A stretch of 63,907 nucleotides of DNA, counting the filler, from Rhabdomonas costata (Eukaryota), in NCBI GenBank assembly GCA_019059605.1. It is 32 parts of 32 records of this genome, joined end to end, with 100 filler letters (N's around TTAATTAATTAA, not from the genome) between each part and the next. Parts side by side here need not be neighbours in the genome. Positions count along the whole stretch, not along the records: positions 1 to 1,899 come from JAHMHO010007614.1; positions 2,000 to 3,897 come from JAHMHO010007615.1; positions 3,998 to 6,018 come from JAHMHO010007616.1; positions 6,119 to 8,016 come from JAHMHO010007617.1; positions 8,117 to 10,014 come from JAHMHO010007618.1; positions 10,115 to 12,012 come from JAHMHO010007619.1; positions 12,113 to 14,010 come from JAHMHO010007620.1; 25 more parts are not named here. One strand, written 5' to 3'. The translations under genes were made by a program, and so were the position numbers. This document shows, piece by piece, positions 1 through 12,384 of the stretch; within the stretch, counting starts at the first letter, position 1, and each line of letters begins with the position of its first letter. The notes under the pieces are model-generated. The model was not told the origin of the DNA, made no database searches, and saw only the letters and a list, made by a program, of their open reading frames with translations.

Positions 1-248
1 GTTTTTGCCCTTTTGCTATTACACTTTCCCTGCCATTTAGCTTGCTATTACACGCACCGACCCCCTCTCAATGGACATCCTTTCCTGCTCTCTGGAGAGA
101 TAGCAGGGTCGCAGCAGAGCTCTGGCTAGTTTGAAAAGTGAACACTCTGTATTGGTGACGATTCCGTCTCCATCCTTTATATCGTTTCTTAACACCCCTC
201 TGTATAATTTTGGGTCCTTCCTCTCTCCTCACTTTGTGCCCCTCTCAG

Positions 249-1062
249 GGGATAACGGCAGCATCAAGCTGTGGGACTGGCAGACCTGCCACTGCTTCCA
301 GACCATTGACACAGTGGCTCAGCCTGGTATACCCCCCCCCTCCCCTCCCTGGTTCAAAATTGGTTAAGGTTTGTTCCTTTTCTTTGGCCCAGTTGACCTG
401 CAGAATCGTTGTTGTTGTTTTTATAGAAAATATGCCTGCTCCCGCGGCATGATTTTCTTTGTTTAAGGGAGCTTGGTAAGCTGGGCCAACCTGTTTTTTT
501 TATCAGCACCTCGCAATAACAACTGGCTGAGGTTGCTGGAATTTGGACGCACGATTGGGACAGCATTAGTTTAGGGGCGAAGACCTATCTGCCGGCGCCC
601 TGAACGGATTCTGGAGAGCGAACTTGGGCTGGAGGAGTCTTTCATGACTTTCATTGTACGGCTCAATACTGAAAATTGTTTTCTGTGGTGAACCTCAACT
701 CTGAACAACTCCAACCCTCCCTTCCTGCAAACGTTGAAAAATGAGTTCCGCCGCCTAAAAGTTTACGGGATTAGCTTTTCTTGTTCTCTAACTTGTAAAC
801 AGCCAAACCTGTGCTGTGTGACCTGCCTTGGTAACTTCCACTGAATGAAAAGACGTGACATCTCACCTTTGTGTGGCATTCTCATGAGTGGAAAGCAATA
901 CAGAATGTCACATGTGGGGATGAGAAGATTTACACATATGGTGCAGGGTCCCTGGAGTCTGAGTCTGCGATCTTCGCGGTCACTTTTGACAAGAGTGGGA
1001 CCCGAATGCTCACTGGGGAAGCTGACAAGACCAACAAAATCTGGAAGGAGGACGAGGACGCG
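249..1062 (+). CDS. PLRG1: Pleiotropic regulator 1 (PLRG1/Prp46) WD40 splicing factor, C-terminal exons 249-326 and 947-1062 (partial)
   Basis: GT-AG spliced exons give [65 protein letters not shown], matching the PLRG1 C-terminal motif QPGSL(D/E)SE...EADKT.K. Confidence 0.93.
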
Positions 1063-1759
1063 GTATGTGGAAGACGAGCCGGGTCAGATACCTTGCGAGA
1101 GGAAAGTAAAAGTGCAGCGAGATCAAAATGAGAATCGAATGCCCTCATATCTCATACACGATTAATCACCCAAACAACCCGAAAAAGTCGGAAGGTAACA
1201 CCTGACTGTAAGTTATGTGCTGCCCATTGTCGTCCAACTCCAACCGCAGATTGAAGTGGACGTTGGACTTGATTTTTGCCCTGAATTTGCTGCCGTTCCA
1301 GGACGCATGAAGCGTTCATCGGTTTACGTGGGTATTGTAGAGCCGGTCCTGCACCCGAGGCGCTTGAGGCGGGAGAGGGGGCCGTAATAGGGGACGCATG
1401 TTTGGGTGGAACCTGGTACGACCCATTGACCAGTTTCAAACTAATCATTTACCCACTTTAAACGTATATCCCCGAACTGAAAATTGAAATGGATATCAGG
1501 CAGGAACAAAGCACGCTTCACTGTGCTCTTGGGGATAGAAGGTCTGCAAAGCTCAGATGGGACGCCCCAGATGTAATGAATCCCCATGATCTCTGCTGGT
1601 GGCTTCAGCTGTGAAGCGTGATGGCCTTGCTGTCGCAACGATGTCTGCGCATCCTCTGGTCTCTCCATGCAACAAAATCACTAGGTTTAGCAGTGAAATT
1701 ACAGCGGGCAGTATGTGCAAAGAGGTGTGCAGAATCGTAAAAGCTCGAGGGCTTTGGGC

Positions 1760-1891
1760 GTATTTCTCTAGGGGATACGGACCTTCATCTGTATCTGTGT
1801 AACGCGGCTAAACCGGAATGGAATTTGTAGCCTTCCGGTTTAGCCGCGTTACACAGATACAGATGAAGGTCCGTATCCCCTAGAGAAATAC
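1760..1891. repeat. Fold-back inverted repeat at contig end (about 59-bp arms, short loop); probable amplification or assembly artefact
   Basis: 1760-1818 is the reverse complement of 1833-1891 and abuts the contig end. Confidence 0.85.
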
Positions 1892-1899
1892 CCCCAAAA

Positions 1900-1999
1900 N
1901 NNNNNNNNNNNNNNNNNNNNNNNNNNNNNNNNNNNNNNNNNNNTTAATTAATTAANNNNNNNNNNNNNNNNNNNNNNNNNNNNNNNNNNNNNNNNNNNN
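1900..1999. other. Artificial contig spacer (N-run, TTAATTAATTAA, N-run); first of 31 such spacers, about every 2 kb
   Basis: Same 100-nt linker with stops in all six frames recurs through 61912-62011. Confidence 0.99.
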
Positions 2000-2055
2000 G
2001 GGTTGGGGTTGGATACCGTCAGACATTGTAGTCGGCTTCTATTCCGTATTCACGG

Positions 2056-3343
2056 TCAACCACCGCGGTTTCGCTCAGGCGCGATGGGAAACTCCGGTTC
2101 CAACCCCAACCAGGCCTGCCCTGGTGAAAGAAAGGGGCCAGGAGGTTCCTGGGTGGGGACATAAGTTGCAACAGACATAAGTTGACATCAAGTTGTGAAG
2201 AGAGCAACCAAACGAAGCGTGGTGTGATTCTCTGAGCGGGGGGGGGGACACCGTGGTAAGCAGCCATGTCCGGAAGTTTTCGTGCAGCTCCGTTCGAACA
2301 GGCAGAATCACCTGGAAAAAGAAATGGGAGAAAATCAGATAGGGGGTGAAAAAACGGTGGGCTGAAGATGAAGTGTGACGATATATCTCTTTAACTCGCA
2401 AGCATGAACGAGTTCTCATTGCAACCATGGTGATTGCTTCCTCCAATTTGATGACACACAAAACGCTTGGCCCCTTTCAGGCCTCTGGAGCATCACAGCC
2501 GCCGCTGCAACAGCAGCCGGTCGCCGGTTCTCAAGAGAAAAGGGGGCACCTGGGATTCTAAAACCACCACCCGCCTCCCACGTTGATGGCCGGTGGGTTT
2601 TTCAATTATATATCAGCGGGGCGATAAAAAAGGTTTCTGCTGGTTAACGTAGTATCAAACTTGTGACCATCTTGTTGGGCGCTGGTTCAGTTTGGCGGGT
2701 TCCACCACTGAGATCTCTCAGCAACGAAAGGGGAAAACTCTGTAAGAATCATTTCCATTCAAGAGCAAATGAAAGGGGGAAAGAGAAAGAGAAGTCCACT
2801 GGTACATTGCTGAATTGGGGGTTGTGGGCGGACCGTGACTAAAACGGACAAAGAAGCATTGTAGACTTTGCGGAATGAAATCAAATGAAGGAATCAAATG
2901 AATGTTTTTCATTTGTCAAGACAAAAGCAGTCGGGGGTAGGGTGAGCTTACCAAGAGGGTGGGTGCACAGCAGTTCCCATATGGGCGTCTGGTAGAGTGG
3001 TCGTGTGAAGCGCAGTTGGGAGGGGGGGGCGGCGTCAAGATTGACGTGAAGCAATCCTAAAGGTTACGGACTTCTGCAGGGGGCCACAGAACAACGTGTG
3101 AACACTACTTTTACTCCCGGGCGTGGGGCGCGTTCCAGCAGAACATCAACACGCATGATAATCGATCCAACGCCGCTAAACGAACAGGGCACGGTGAGGG
3201 GGGGGGGGGCGAAGCACACTCCACCTCTCGGGCCACCTGCCTGAGAAAGTCGTGCTGGCATTGTTGCCGGTCATCGTACAGCAGAAGCCAGCTGCCATTC
3301 CCTTTGCACTGCTGCAGCACCTCGAGGGCCTTCTCACGCCCCG
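2056..3343 (-). CDS. Protein C-terminus with a divergent dynein heavy chain AAA6-like segment; exons 3343-3237, 2311-2252, 2148-2056
   Basis: Three phase-compatible GT-AG exons: GREKALEVLQQCKGNGSWLLLYDDRQQCQHDFLRQ|VILPVRTELHENFRTWLLTT|EPPGPFLSPGQAWLGLEPEFPIAPERNRGG*; resembles dynein G.W..LQN and H..FRLWLTTEP motifs. Confidence 0.55.
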
Positions 3344-4098
3344 CTGTGTGGGCGGCGCGCGGGCGGTGGGGTGCGCCATTGCGCAGTCAAGAGCATGCAG
3401 GTCGCGAGGCAACATGAGCGAGAAAACCCAATTTGGGTGGTCACAGGCCGAAATCTTTTGCTTCCGTTTGCCTGGCTGTGTCTGGGGGGAACCACTTGAA
3501 CTGCCGGATGACGGGGCTCATTTGCTACCTCCTCCTCTCCGCAACAATGAAGAGAGTTGACGTAAAATCCGCAATAGGTCCCCCCTCGAAAGCATTTGCA
3601 ACTGAAACGCTGCCGAGTGTCGTCCGGTGGTGGCTGTCCGATAGCAGTTTCTATTGGCGGTCCGATGGCAAAAGTTACAGGTTCCCCAGCTGCCGAGTGA
3701 ATCTGAGTGAGCTACATGGTCTGTCATTGTATCGAAGACTCACCCAGCATAAAGAGCAGACCAACCGACAAATTATGGCCCGTGCCATTTTTAAAGTAAG
3801 AGGTGGGGATAGGCATGCCAAGAACAGGTCGAAATAAACGAAACACCTATTTCAATTAGTTTTAACACCCTTCTCAGCATCTTAGTCCAAAAACCCCNNN
3901 NNNNNNNNNNNNNNNNNNNNNNNNNNNNNNNNNNNNNNNNNTTAATTAATTAANNNNNNNNNNNNNNNNNNNNNNNNNNNNNNNNNNNNNNNNNNNNTCT
4001 GACTTCTCTTTCAGAGGTGGGTACAATAGCGCACTTATGCCATCTATATAAAATATTTAGAGTATATGCAGTGTCCCTTCTTGGAGGAGTGGGGAAGC

Positions 4099-4224
<126 letters not shown>

Positions 4225-4607
4225 GCACGCTGCAGCACAAGCCCGGCGTGAGCGACGACCAAAACAAAAAGTATCCTCCCCAAAACACAGGCGCTTGCTT
4301 GTTGGGGGGATGATGAGGACATCGAATTTTCACCACATGCTTGCCCAATGGGAGCTTTATTTCAGGCAGTGTGACACTTTAGCTTTCAGACTGCCTCCGG
4401 TCTAGACACGGGAAGTGGGGGCAAAGAGGTTGTTCCTGTTATCATATCTCATCTCTCGCACATAAACTGGATTTGCTCACATCACGGCATGGTGAGCTGT
4501 TCTATTCACCATTGATGCGTTTCGGGGGAAGGGGAATGCCGGCAACGTGCGGTGTGAGGTAGGCCGTAGTTTTTTGAGGCAGGCCGCCCCCCCCCACACA
4601 CACACAG

Positions 4608-5504
4608 CTGGAAAAGGCTCTTTGACGAAAACAAGCAGCAGCGGGAACAGCTGAAGGGCTTTGAGGGCCGCTTCGCTGAGCTGTTCGCCATGCTACAGCA
4701 GCAGCCGGTATCTGGGCGGGGTTTAACTGGTGTTATGTTGTGTTGTTTTGCGCCTGTGTTCTATCCCGCGTTTTCTGCGGTGGTTGTGGGTTACGTCTTT
4801 CTCACGAGCCAACGATGTGCAACTTTCCTCCTCCTTGCAAGGTGGCATCGTTTTAGTAACCTTCACCCCTGTCCTTTTTATACACCTCGTTGTGGTAATC
4901 ACCATCCAGTCAGGAGCACATTACAGTGCCGAACCCTGCGAACTTCCCCGCCAATATTCGCTTGCTTCGGCTGCGTCGCTGACTGGTCTTTCCCCCTAAA
5001 TATGTATCTCTTATCTCCCTCCACCATATGCAAAAATCCAATCGTCATACTCCATTCCCCATTCCTCTTCTCTCGTCTCCCACCGCCTGGCCCCATGCCG
5101 CATGCTTGCTGCATCGTAATGCATCAGTACGTCCTGGATTGTTGGGGCGCTTAGGAGCGGATTATAATCCCAATTTTTCTTTCTGTTGGTTTTAGGCATA
5201 TGTTTGATCAAGTTGTTGCAATTCATGTTTCCTCCTTGTGTATGAGTGCGCTCGGTCTAAGCACGTTGGAATCACAAAGAATCCACCATTATGCTCCCTT
5301 ATCAGTGTATTTGCGCTCCGTCACACCGCCAGATACGGAAGGGCGCACTGCGTGTTGTTGCTGTACAACTCCCACACCGTGGTTTTGGTTTAGGGTGTTC
5401 AGAAGTCTGCACAGGCGCAGGCGCAGGTGTCGTCCTCCGGAGAGGTGGAGTGGCTTCGCCAGCAGGTCCGGACGCTTACCACGGCGCTTACCGACGTGGT
5501 CAAG
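4608..5504 (+). CDS. Hypothetical coiled-coil protein, exons 4608-4707 and 5415-5504 (partial)
   Basis: GC-rich, AG-preceded, phase-compatible exons WKRLFDENKQQREQLKGFEGRFAELFAMLQQQP|AQAQVSSSGEVEWLRQQVRTLTTALTDVVK. Confidence 0.55.
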
Positions 5505-6887
5505 GCCTGTAGTTTTTTCCCTACGCCTCCCTTCATGTAGTTGGTGTTTGTTGATGCGAATGGTAGAAAGAAGAAGAGGAGGAAGAAGAAAGGGAATAGC
5601 ATGAAAAGAATAGCTGACAGCTTAAATATAAACATAAAATGGAGGGAAAAAACAAAAGTCAAATTCGAAATAGAATCTCAAAGCCAAAAAGCAACAGAAG
5701 GGGGGGGGGCGATTCTCCGGCTATCCCCCTATTCGGGATACTCCTCTTTTCGGTGTCCAACGCAGGTGTACTCCAGGTATCACAGGAAGGAGAAATTTTG
5801 AGGTCACTCCTAACTGGCTGCTGGCCAGTTGTCTGAAGGCCCAACGAGGACCTTCCGTCACGCGGCCGTCAATCCACTGCGCTAGGAGCAGTCATCCGAT
5901 CATCCTTTTTCATAATAAAAAAGTTAGTAAACCTCAATGATGGGCCCACATTTTGCTCTTAAAAACGATTGAGTAAAAAATCCTCCACCGCCTCCACCGG
6001 GCCATTGCACCCCACCCCNNNNNNNNNNNNNNNNNNNNNNNNNNNNNNNNNNNNNNNNNNNNTTAATTAATTAANNNNNNNNNNNNNNNNNNNNNNNNNN
6101 NNNNNNNNNNNNNNNNNNCTTGCCCCACGCAGCGAGGGTTTTCCCACAGTATCCACAACGTGTTTTTATAAAAAAAAAATCACGCATTTTGGGGTTGGCC
6201 AACTGGCTCTTGGCCGCCTGCAGCCTGCAAAAGCACTGTCATTTTAATGAGACAACAGCTCAGAATACGCAGCGGGAGAAAGGAGAATGGAAATATCCAT
6301 CCTAAGCTCTGCAGATTTTCCTGCCACGGTCCGAGGGTTCCACCTGCACGAGGAAAAAGGACCATTATTGTGGCTCCACCTGTTGCTTACTTGCTTATTT
6401 ACTTTCTTTATTCTTATTACAGCTGGAGGGGGGCGGGGCTTACGGCGGAAATCTGGAAAATGTTCGCTGGGAGGGTTTTGAAGGGCGATGTGGGTGACTT
6501 CTGAGTAGGGGTGCAGGTCCCGTGGAGTGTCACAGAGCGGACCACGTCGCATCAAAAACGTCGAAATGAAAAGATGTGGAGAACTGCAGTCAATGTCACG
6601 TGCACAACAGGAAAACGGACACGAACCCCCCCCCCTCTCACTAACCCTAGAAATGACGTCCAATGTTCCTGAAGCCGCCTGCTATTGGTGTGCTCACTCC
6701 CCCAAGAACAGGGATGGGGTGCTTGGGTCCACCATAGTAGTCAAACCCATCCTAAGCTAGCAGGGGTCCCCTCTCCCTCCCTGTGTTCCTGTGAGGACTT
6801 CCGCTCGTTCTGCCCATTTGTGGCGTGTTAGGCCGTTCTAGAAATGAGAACGTCACTTTGTTTGGAGATCCGCGGTCGGCGGTTTAC

Positions 6888-7434
6888 CAAGCACTGAGCC
6901 TATTGCCCCTACCACCGAGGCCAGTTGGGACGGTTGTGGAGGGGGAGACGACCTGCCCAGGCAGGCAAAGCACTTCTCCACGTGCTCCGTCACCACCGCG
7001 CTGTCAAACTCCACCAGTACCCGTAGCAGGGCCCGGGCTAGACCCTCCGTAGAGCTCACCCTGACTCCGCGGTGCAGCCCGAACTGCAGCCACTCTGCCA
7101 CCACGTCCAGAAGCTGCACCACGAACCCCAGGTTGCCGCGGAACCCCGGATCCAGCAGCAGCTCCAACACCACGGGCAGCACCCCCTCATGCTGCACCTG
7201 TTCCCCAGCTCCCGCCCCGGTTATCTGGGCTTCAGAGGGGGACGGCCTGCCACCGGACATCTCGAGAAGAAGCTCCTCTGCAGTGGGAGGGGAGCTGGCT
7301 TTCCACAGGCCTGGGGGGAGCCCTCGGAGCATTTGCAGCAAGGGGGCGAGCACTGCAGGGGTCGCGGCCCCGGCCAAACGAGCCTCCAGATGGGCCTGCA
7401 ACTTGGGGAAGCCCACCTGCTTGACGAATTCCGC
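6888..7434 (-). CDS. Hypothetical alpha-helical (ARM/HEAT-like) protein exon
   Basis: Long GC3-rich frame bounded by AG and GT; Leu-rich amphipathic helices (GVLPVVLELLLDP, LARALLRVLVEF). Confidence 0.6.
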
Positions 7435-8116
7435 CTGAGAATCCATCGAGAGTATGAGGATATGCCTTTGACAACCCAAGAGTGAGGGAGAGTCTGGATA
7501 TTTGAGAAAGAAGTAAACGACGGGGTTTTGGGACGATTATGTTTTTTGAAAGGGGGGCGTCAACAACTTTTAAGTTTGTGTGCCGAGGACGCAAACCGGG
7601 CGCCAGTTAGGGCCAATTGCCAACGTCAGGGTCCTCCACGCACAACAGCGGCACAACCAGAACTCCACGCAGAACGGCGCCATTGTGGGGGATTTGCTCC
7701 ACAAGTGGGACACTTCACTGGACGCTTCGTGGTGGATGAAAGGATGGAAGAATGGCAGAGGAGGAGATGTAGCTTTGCATTTATGGGCGTCTAACATATA
7801 AACACGGAGCACTAAGTGATGCGAAGGAACTGCGCACGGCACAGACAGCAAGCAAAAGGTACAAAAGATTGACCACAACAAAACTAAACTGTCAGTTCCC
7901 GTCATCGTGCAGCAGCAGCAGCTGAAGAGAAACGGGTCCTCATATTCGCATTTATGCCTTTGTGAGCTTGCAGCAGATCCACACGCACACACACACACAC
8001 ACACACAGATTTGTGTNNNNNNNNNNNNNNNNNNNNNNNNNNNNNNNNNNNNNNNNNNNNTTAATTAATTAANNNNNNNNNNNNNNNNNNNNNNNNNNNN
8101 NNNNNNNNNNNNNNNN

Positions 8117-8220
8117 TGTCACAGACTAATCTCTCAGTTTCCGGGTGGAGCTAACCTTATTTTTCAGGTAAGACCTGATCGCTTTTTGCCAAACCCCAAA
8201 CCAAGAAGCGGGTGACATTC
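8117..8220. mobile_element. Short TIR-bounded repeat (MITE-like), copy 1
   Basis: Begins TGTCACA and ends GTGACATTC; internal TCTCAGTTTC.GGGT.GAGCTAACC is shared with 28103-28260 and more weakly 27657-27750. Confidence 0.55.
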
Positions 8221-8427
8221 CATTCTGGTGATCAACGGAATTGCTTCAGGGCATCCAGTTGCCGTATTGCATTGTCAATGTTTTGTTGGCATCACTATCC
8301 CACCTTGAGAGAAAGACGCAATTTCTGTCACTGTAAGAGGTGGGTTTTTGTAGATGTGGTTTTTTGTGGAAACACGATTTTACCTCTCCTCAGCTGAGCT
8401 TTGCATTCACGTTGCTGTTGTCGCGCC

Positions 8428-9939
8428 ATGGATGACGGTGGTGGGCTCACCAGTTTTCTCCAAGGGGAGAGTCCGTCAGATTGCCGTTATCATTCCATTG
8501 GGCCACTTGGTCCCAATGTTGCGGTCGGCGGCGTTTTGCCGAGTGGTCCTCCCGATAACCCTTCTGCAGTGTGGGATACTGGCCCTCCTTCAGTTGCTTC
8601 GCACGCATTGTCTCGTACTTCCTCCCCTTCACGTTCTCCACCCCTGGTGTCTCCAAATGTTTTCCAACCAACGCAACAGCAGACTGCCGAAAATGCCTTT
8701 GGAAGTACTTCAGCAGGAAATACGATTGACGCTGACCGGAGGGAAAGCTGCTCATCTCAAGCAAAGGTGCCCTTGCTTTCTAGTTCAATGGGCGACCTAC
8801 TGGTAGGCATGGACCGGTGCTTTCGTGCTGTGGACACTTTGACCTCAACCGTTGCGATTCTTGGGCGGCGGCTTGACGTGCTGCACAACGTAGTCGAGCA
8901 GCTTATTCCCCGAGGATTTTCAGAGGTTTCGCGGTTCCTGGATGAGGGCTGGAACGATGCAGCAGCGGGTGCAGCGAATCCAAGGCCTCTGTCCACAAAC
9001 ACTCATCTGCAAGCCATAGTCAAGCGAACAGCCCATCCTAGTCAGTCGTCCAAAGACGTTGCTGCAAACCCGCCGTGTTCTCATTCTGTTTTGGGCAGTT
9101 TAACCCGAGCTTCTGGGCTTCAGAGTATTGACTCCTGCGGGGTTTCAGGCGTGGATTTTTGTCTGATTCCTTGCGCAGCATCCCAAGCTGTACAGTCTGT
9201 CTCGGCATCCCGTGGCCCTTCGAATGCATTGACAGGTGATCGCTTCTGTGAGGGTGGAGCTCTTGTTCAGAGTTCTGGAAAGAGTGGCTGTCTCTCGAGT
9301 AGCAAAGCTGACAGCGACAAAGTGAAGCATGCTCTGGGCCTATTTTTGCTGAAACCCCATCGAGACACCTTTGATGATCAGTGCTTGTGGGACATTCCTA
9401 TGCCCTTGTTGCTGAATGAATGTCTGAAGCTGGACAACTGGGAGGGTGCTCTCGCTGGGTTTCAGTTGACTTTCCACCACATGGAGCGCAGCATGCCGAA
9501 TGCCCAAAGCTTTCTGCGTGGGTGTGGCTGTTGTCCTTGTCTGTTAATTTTCTTTTGAACGTCGTTTTTGCTCTTTTTTTATCGCAGCAGCAAGCGCATA
9601 CTCCATTTTTGTATTCGCCTTTGTCCTTTTCACTTTCGAAGGTTGGCTTCATCCACTGAATTTCTTGTGCTGGAGAAGTTGGCTTGTGAAAGATTTACCC
9701 CAAACGGAATTTCCTACTTCCAGTTGCGCGCTTTGTGCGTTCTTTCCGAAGTGGTTGCCAGGAAAGTTGCTCCGCATCTTCCCTCTCGTCCTGGAATGGA
9801 CATGACCAAGTTCTTCAGCAGCATATTTGGCTTCAGGCCATTGCATTGCGATGAGCTGTGTCGAATTCTTTTCAATCACTACTCCGTAGTCCCGCTCAGC
9901 GGGTTGTTGAAACGCTTCACCAGAGTCGACGCGGTATAG
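8428..9939 (+). CDS. Apparently complete two-exon hypothetical protein (8428-9521, 9642-9939; about 460 aa)
   Basis: GCCATGG start; a phase-2 GT-AG intron joins the 385-aa and 123-aa ORFs in frame (SFLRG|LASSTEF); Ser/Pro-rich N-terminus, short coiled coil, helical C-terminal domain. Confidence 0.65.
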
Positions 9940-10145
9940 CGCGCTTTCTCCTGGCCGAGCAGTTGTGATGTGGCCTCTTTTCTTCCTTGCGATCTGCAAC
10001 AGTCTACCACACACNNNNNNNNNNNNNNNNNNNNNNNNNNNNNNNNNNNNNNNNNNNNTTAATTAATTAANNNNNNNNNNNNNNNNNNNNNNNNNNNNNN
10101 NNNNNNNNNNNNNNACCAGCACTGCGCACCTCCCCCCGTGCTGCT

Positions 10146-11282
10146 ATGTCTTTGAGGGATGCAGAGGCAGCTGAAGGCATACCTGGTGAGACGGGTGAGA
10201 CGAACGGCAGTACTCTGCAGAGTTTTGTACGCCACTTCTGTGATGTACGCACACGAATCTATGGGAAGTTGGACGGTACTGCTCGGCAAGGTCTATTTGG
10301 GCGGCTCACACAGGGCAAAAACGATTTTCCTGTTGCCCATTTCCGATTTCAAAATGGTCTTTAAGGGGATTCAAAATAATGGTGCAGGTTATATTAGTGG
10401 AATACCGAGAAACTGCTTGTGCGCAACTACACAAACTGCACGAAGGCTGGGTCATTCGAGAAGGTCGTGTGCTGCATTAGTGATTCTTTAGCCTCTCCTG
10501 CTTCTCGAGCCCAGAAGACAGCAATCCATATACTGCTTTTCAAGATGTATTTTCTGGGTGTGTTTCTTTTCCGTGATCACGTCTGACTCTGTACCTGAAT
10601 GGAGGACGTGTCTGTTAAACCCTTGGATGCCTTTTCTTTGCAGTTCTGCGAAAGCATGTCTTGCCCTCTTACTTCAACGCATTTGGTGCAGTGCGCTTAG
10701 GGGACGCCCAGGTCCACATTGGAGTTGCATTACTCAGAAGCCAATTTGATCCTCATCGCTGTGTACGCCTACAATGAGTTTTATTGCCTTTGTTGCAGGA
10801 TTGTCTTGAACCAGGGTTGTAGCGACGCTTTTTTTATGCTCCCGGTTGTTTTGGGTATACTCCGGTCAGATGGCCTTGCCAGAGCGAGTGCCCGTCCCCC
10901 CTTCTGGTGGCGGGCATCTTCCCGCAAGCGCGCAAGCGCGCTTGGAGCCCGTGGTACCACAGTTAAGGTCGGAGTCCCGTGGGAACCATTCTACCGGATT
11001 TGCAGCGCCCAGTAGCAGTCTCTTCTCGCCCTCAGGTTTTGGCGACAGCGCGGCTTTTTTGGTTCCCTCGAACCGCAGCATTCATGTTTATGTGTCTGCA
11101 TAAGTTTGTGGGTTGCCTTTTCTTGAGCTGTCTGCCTCCTAGACCGTGACACAACAACTTCTGGGTTGGGCGGATGGTTTCCATGGCACTGGATGTACGA
11201 TGGTCGCGGTTGTGATTCGGCAACGAATGCTAACTCTTGGCTCAACCCTGTGTTCAGTTCCGATGCACAGCACATTGTTCGC
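10146..11282 (+). CDS. Hypothetical multi-exon gene fragment (exon boundaries approximate)
   Basis: Several AG-preceded open segments near 10146-10314, 10644-10760, 10870-11035 and 11143-11282; no recognisable motif. Confidence 0.35.
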
Positions 11283-11922
11283 GTATTCGTGCCCAACCGA
11301 AAAATTGCACCTCGACCTGCCGCTTCTACCTGTATTCCTCGTCTGTCTGGGTTTTTTTTGCCAATCTGCGCATCCCCTCCTCTCTTCCTTTCATACAGTT
11401 GAGCCATTGCCCAGTAGCTGCACTATTTTGGTGCATCTAAACTCACCTCAACTGGTTCTCCAACGGCGGTTTCTCAATGGGCTGGGCACTGAGCCAGCGA
11501 AGTGCGGAAGTGCGTGTTGCCCTTGGTCCCATTTGGTTACAGTTCCGCAGGAGCTCCGTTTTCTCGAACTTTTCAGGCCCTGTGGCAACAGGAAACGCTT
11601 CCTCCGCGTCCTGTTCTCCGCCACCGACCATTGGGATCCAACCTTTGACTCTTGAGCAGGTGCACGGTGGAAGGAAGCAATTCATTCGCATGAAGCCATA
11701 CAGTCTTTTATTTCAGTCTGCATTTCACTGAACGTGAGAAAGAAGCTCTTTCTCGTTGGAATGGATGTCTGCTTTTCTTTTGCCATTGCTAGCCGCATCT
11801 CCCGCTCGTATCTCGTATCTCGTATTCTCTGCGGTGCTTGCTTGACCGGAAGTTTACGCCACAGGCACAGCTTGAAGCCACCACAACCCTGCAGAATCCC
11901 CCCGGGTCCGACTGGCCCTTCT

Positions 11923-12008
11923 GTGTGTAACGTTTCACCATCTCTCCCTATTGAGGCATATTGGCCAGCTTTTGCATCAATAGGGAGAGATGGTGAAACG
12001 TTACACAC
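11923..12008. repeat. Fold-back inverted repeat at contig end
   Basis: 11923-11954 is the reverse complement of 11977-12008. Confidence 0.85.
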
Positions 12009-12111
12009 AACANNNNNNNNNNNNNNNNNNNNNNNNNNNNNNNNNNNNNNNNNNNNTTAATTAATTAANNNNNNNNNNNNNNNNNNNNNNNNNNNNNNNN
12101 NNNNNNNNNNN

Positions 12112-12180
12112 NTTTTTGGGGGACGATGTCACTGCCGTTGGGGACCGCGGTCCCCAACGGCAGTGACATCGTCCCACAAA
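12112..12180. repeat. Near-perfect palindrome at contig start, centred on CCGCGG
   Basis: GGGACGATGTCACTGCCGTTGGGGACCG|CGGTCCCCAACGGCAGTGACATCGTCCC. Confidence 0.85.
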
Positions 12181-12384
12181 AGCAACCGCACCATGACGCC
12201 CTAAGCGAAAGAATAAAAAATACTCCAAGGAAAGAGAAGGAAACCGAAAAAGCAAATGCCAAGGCACGGATGTCCACCTCCGAAGTGATTACAAAAAGGT
12301 ATCACGTTCCTCACCTTCTTTTCTTGCAATTGGATAGGAAAGGGACCACTGTGCGAGAATTGCATCATAGGCACCCCGGTATAC

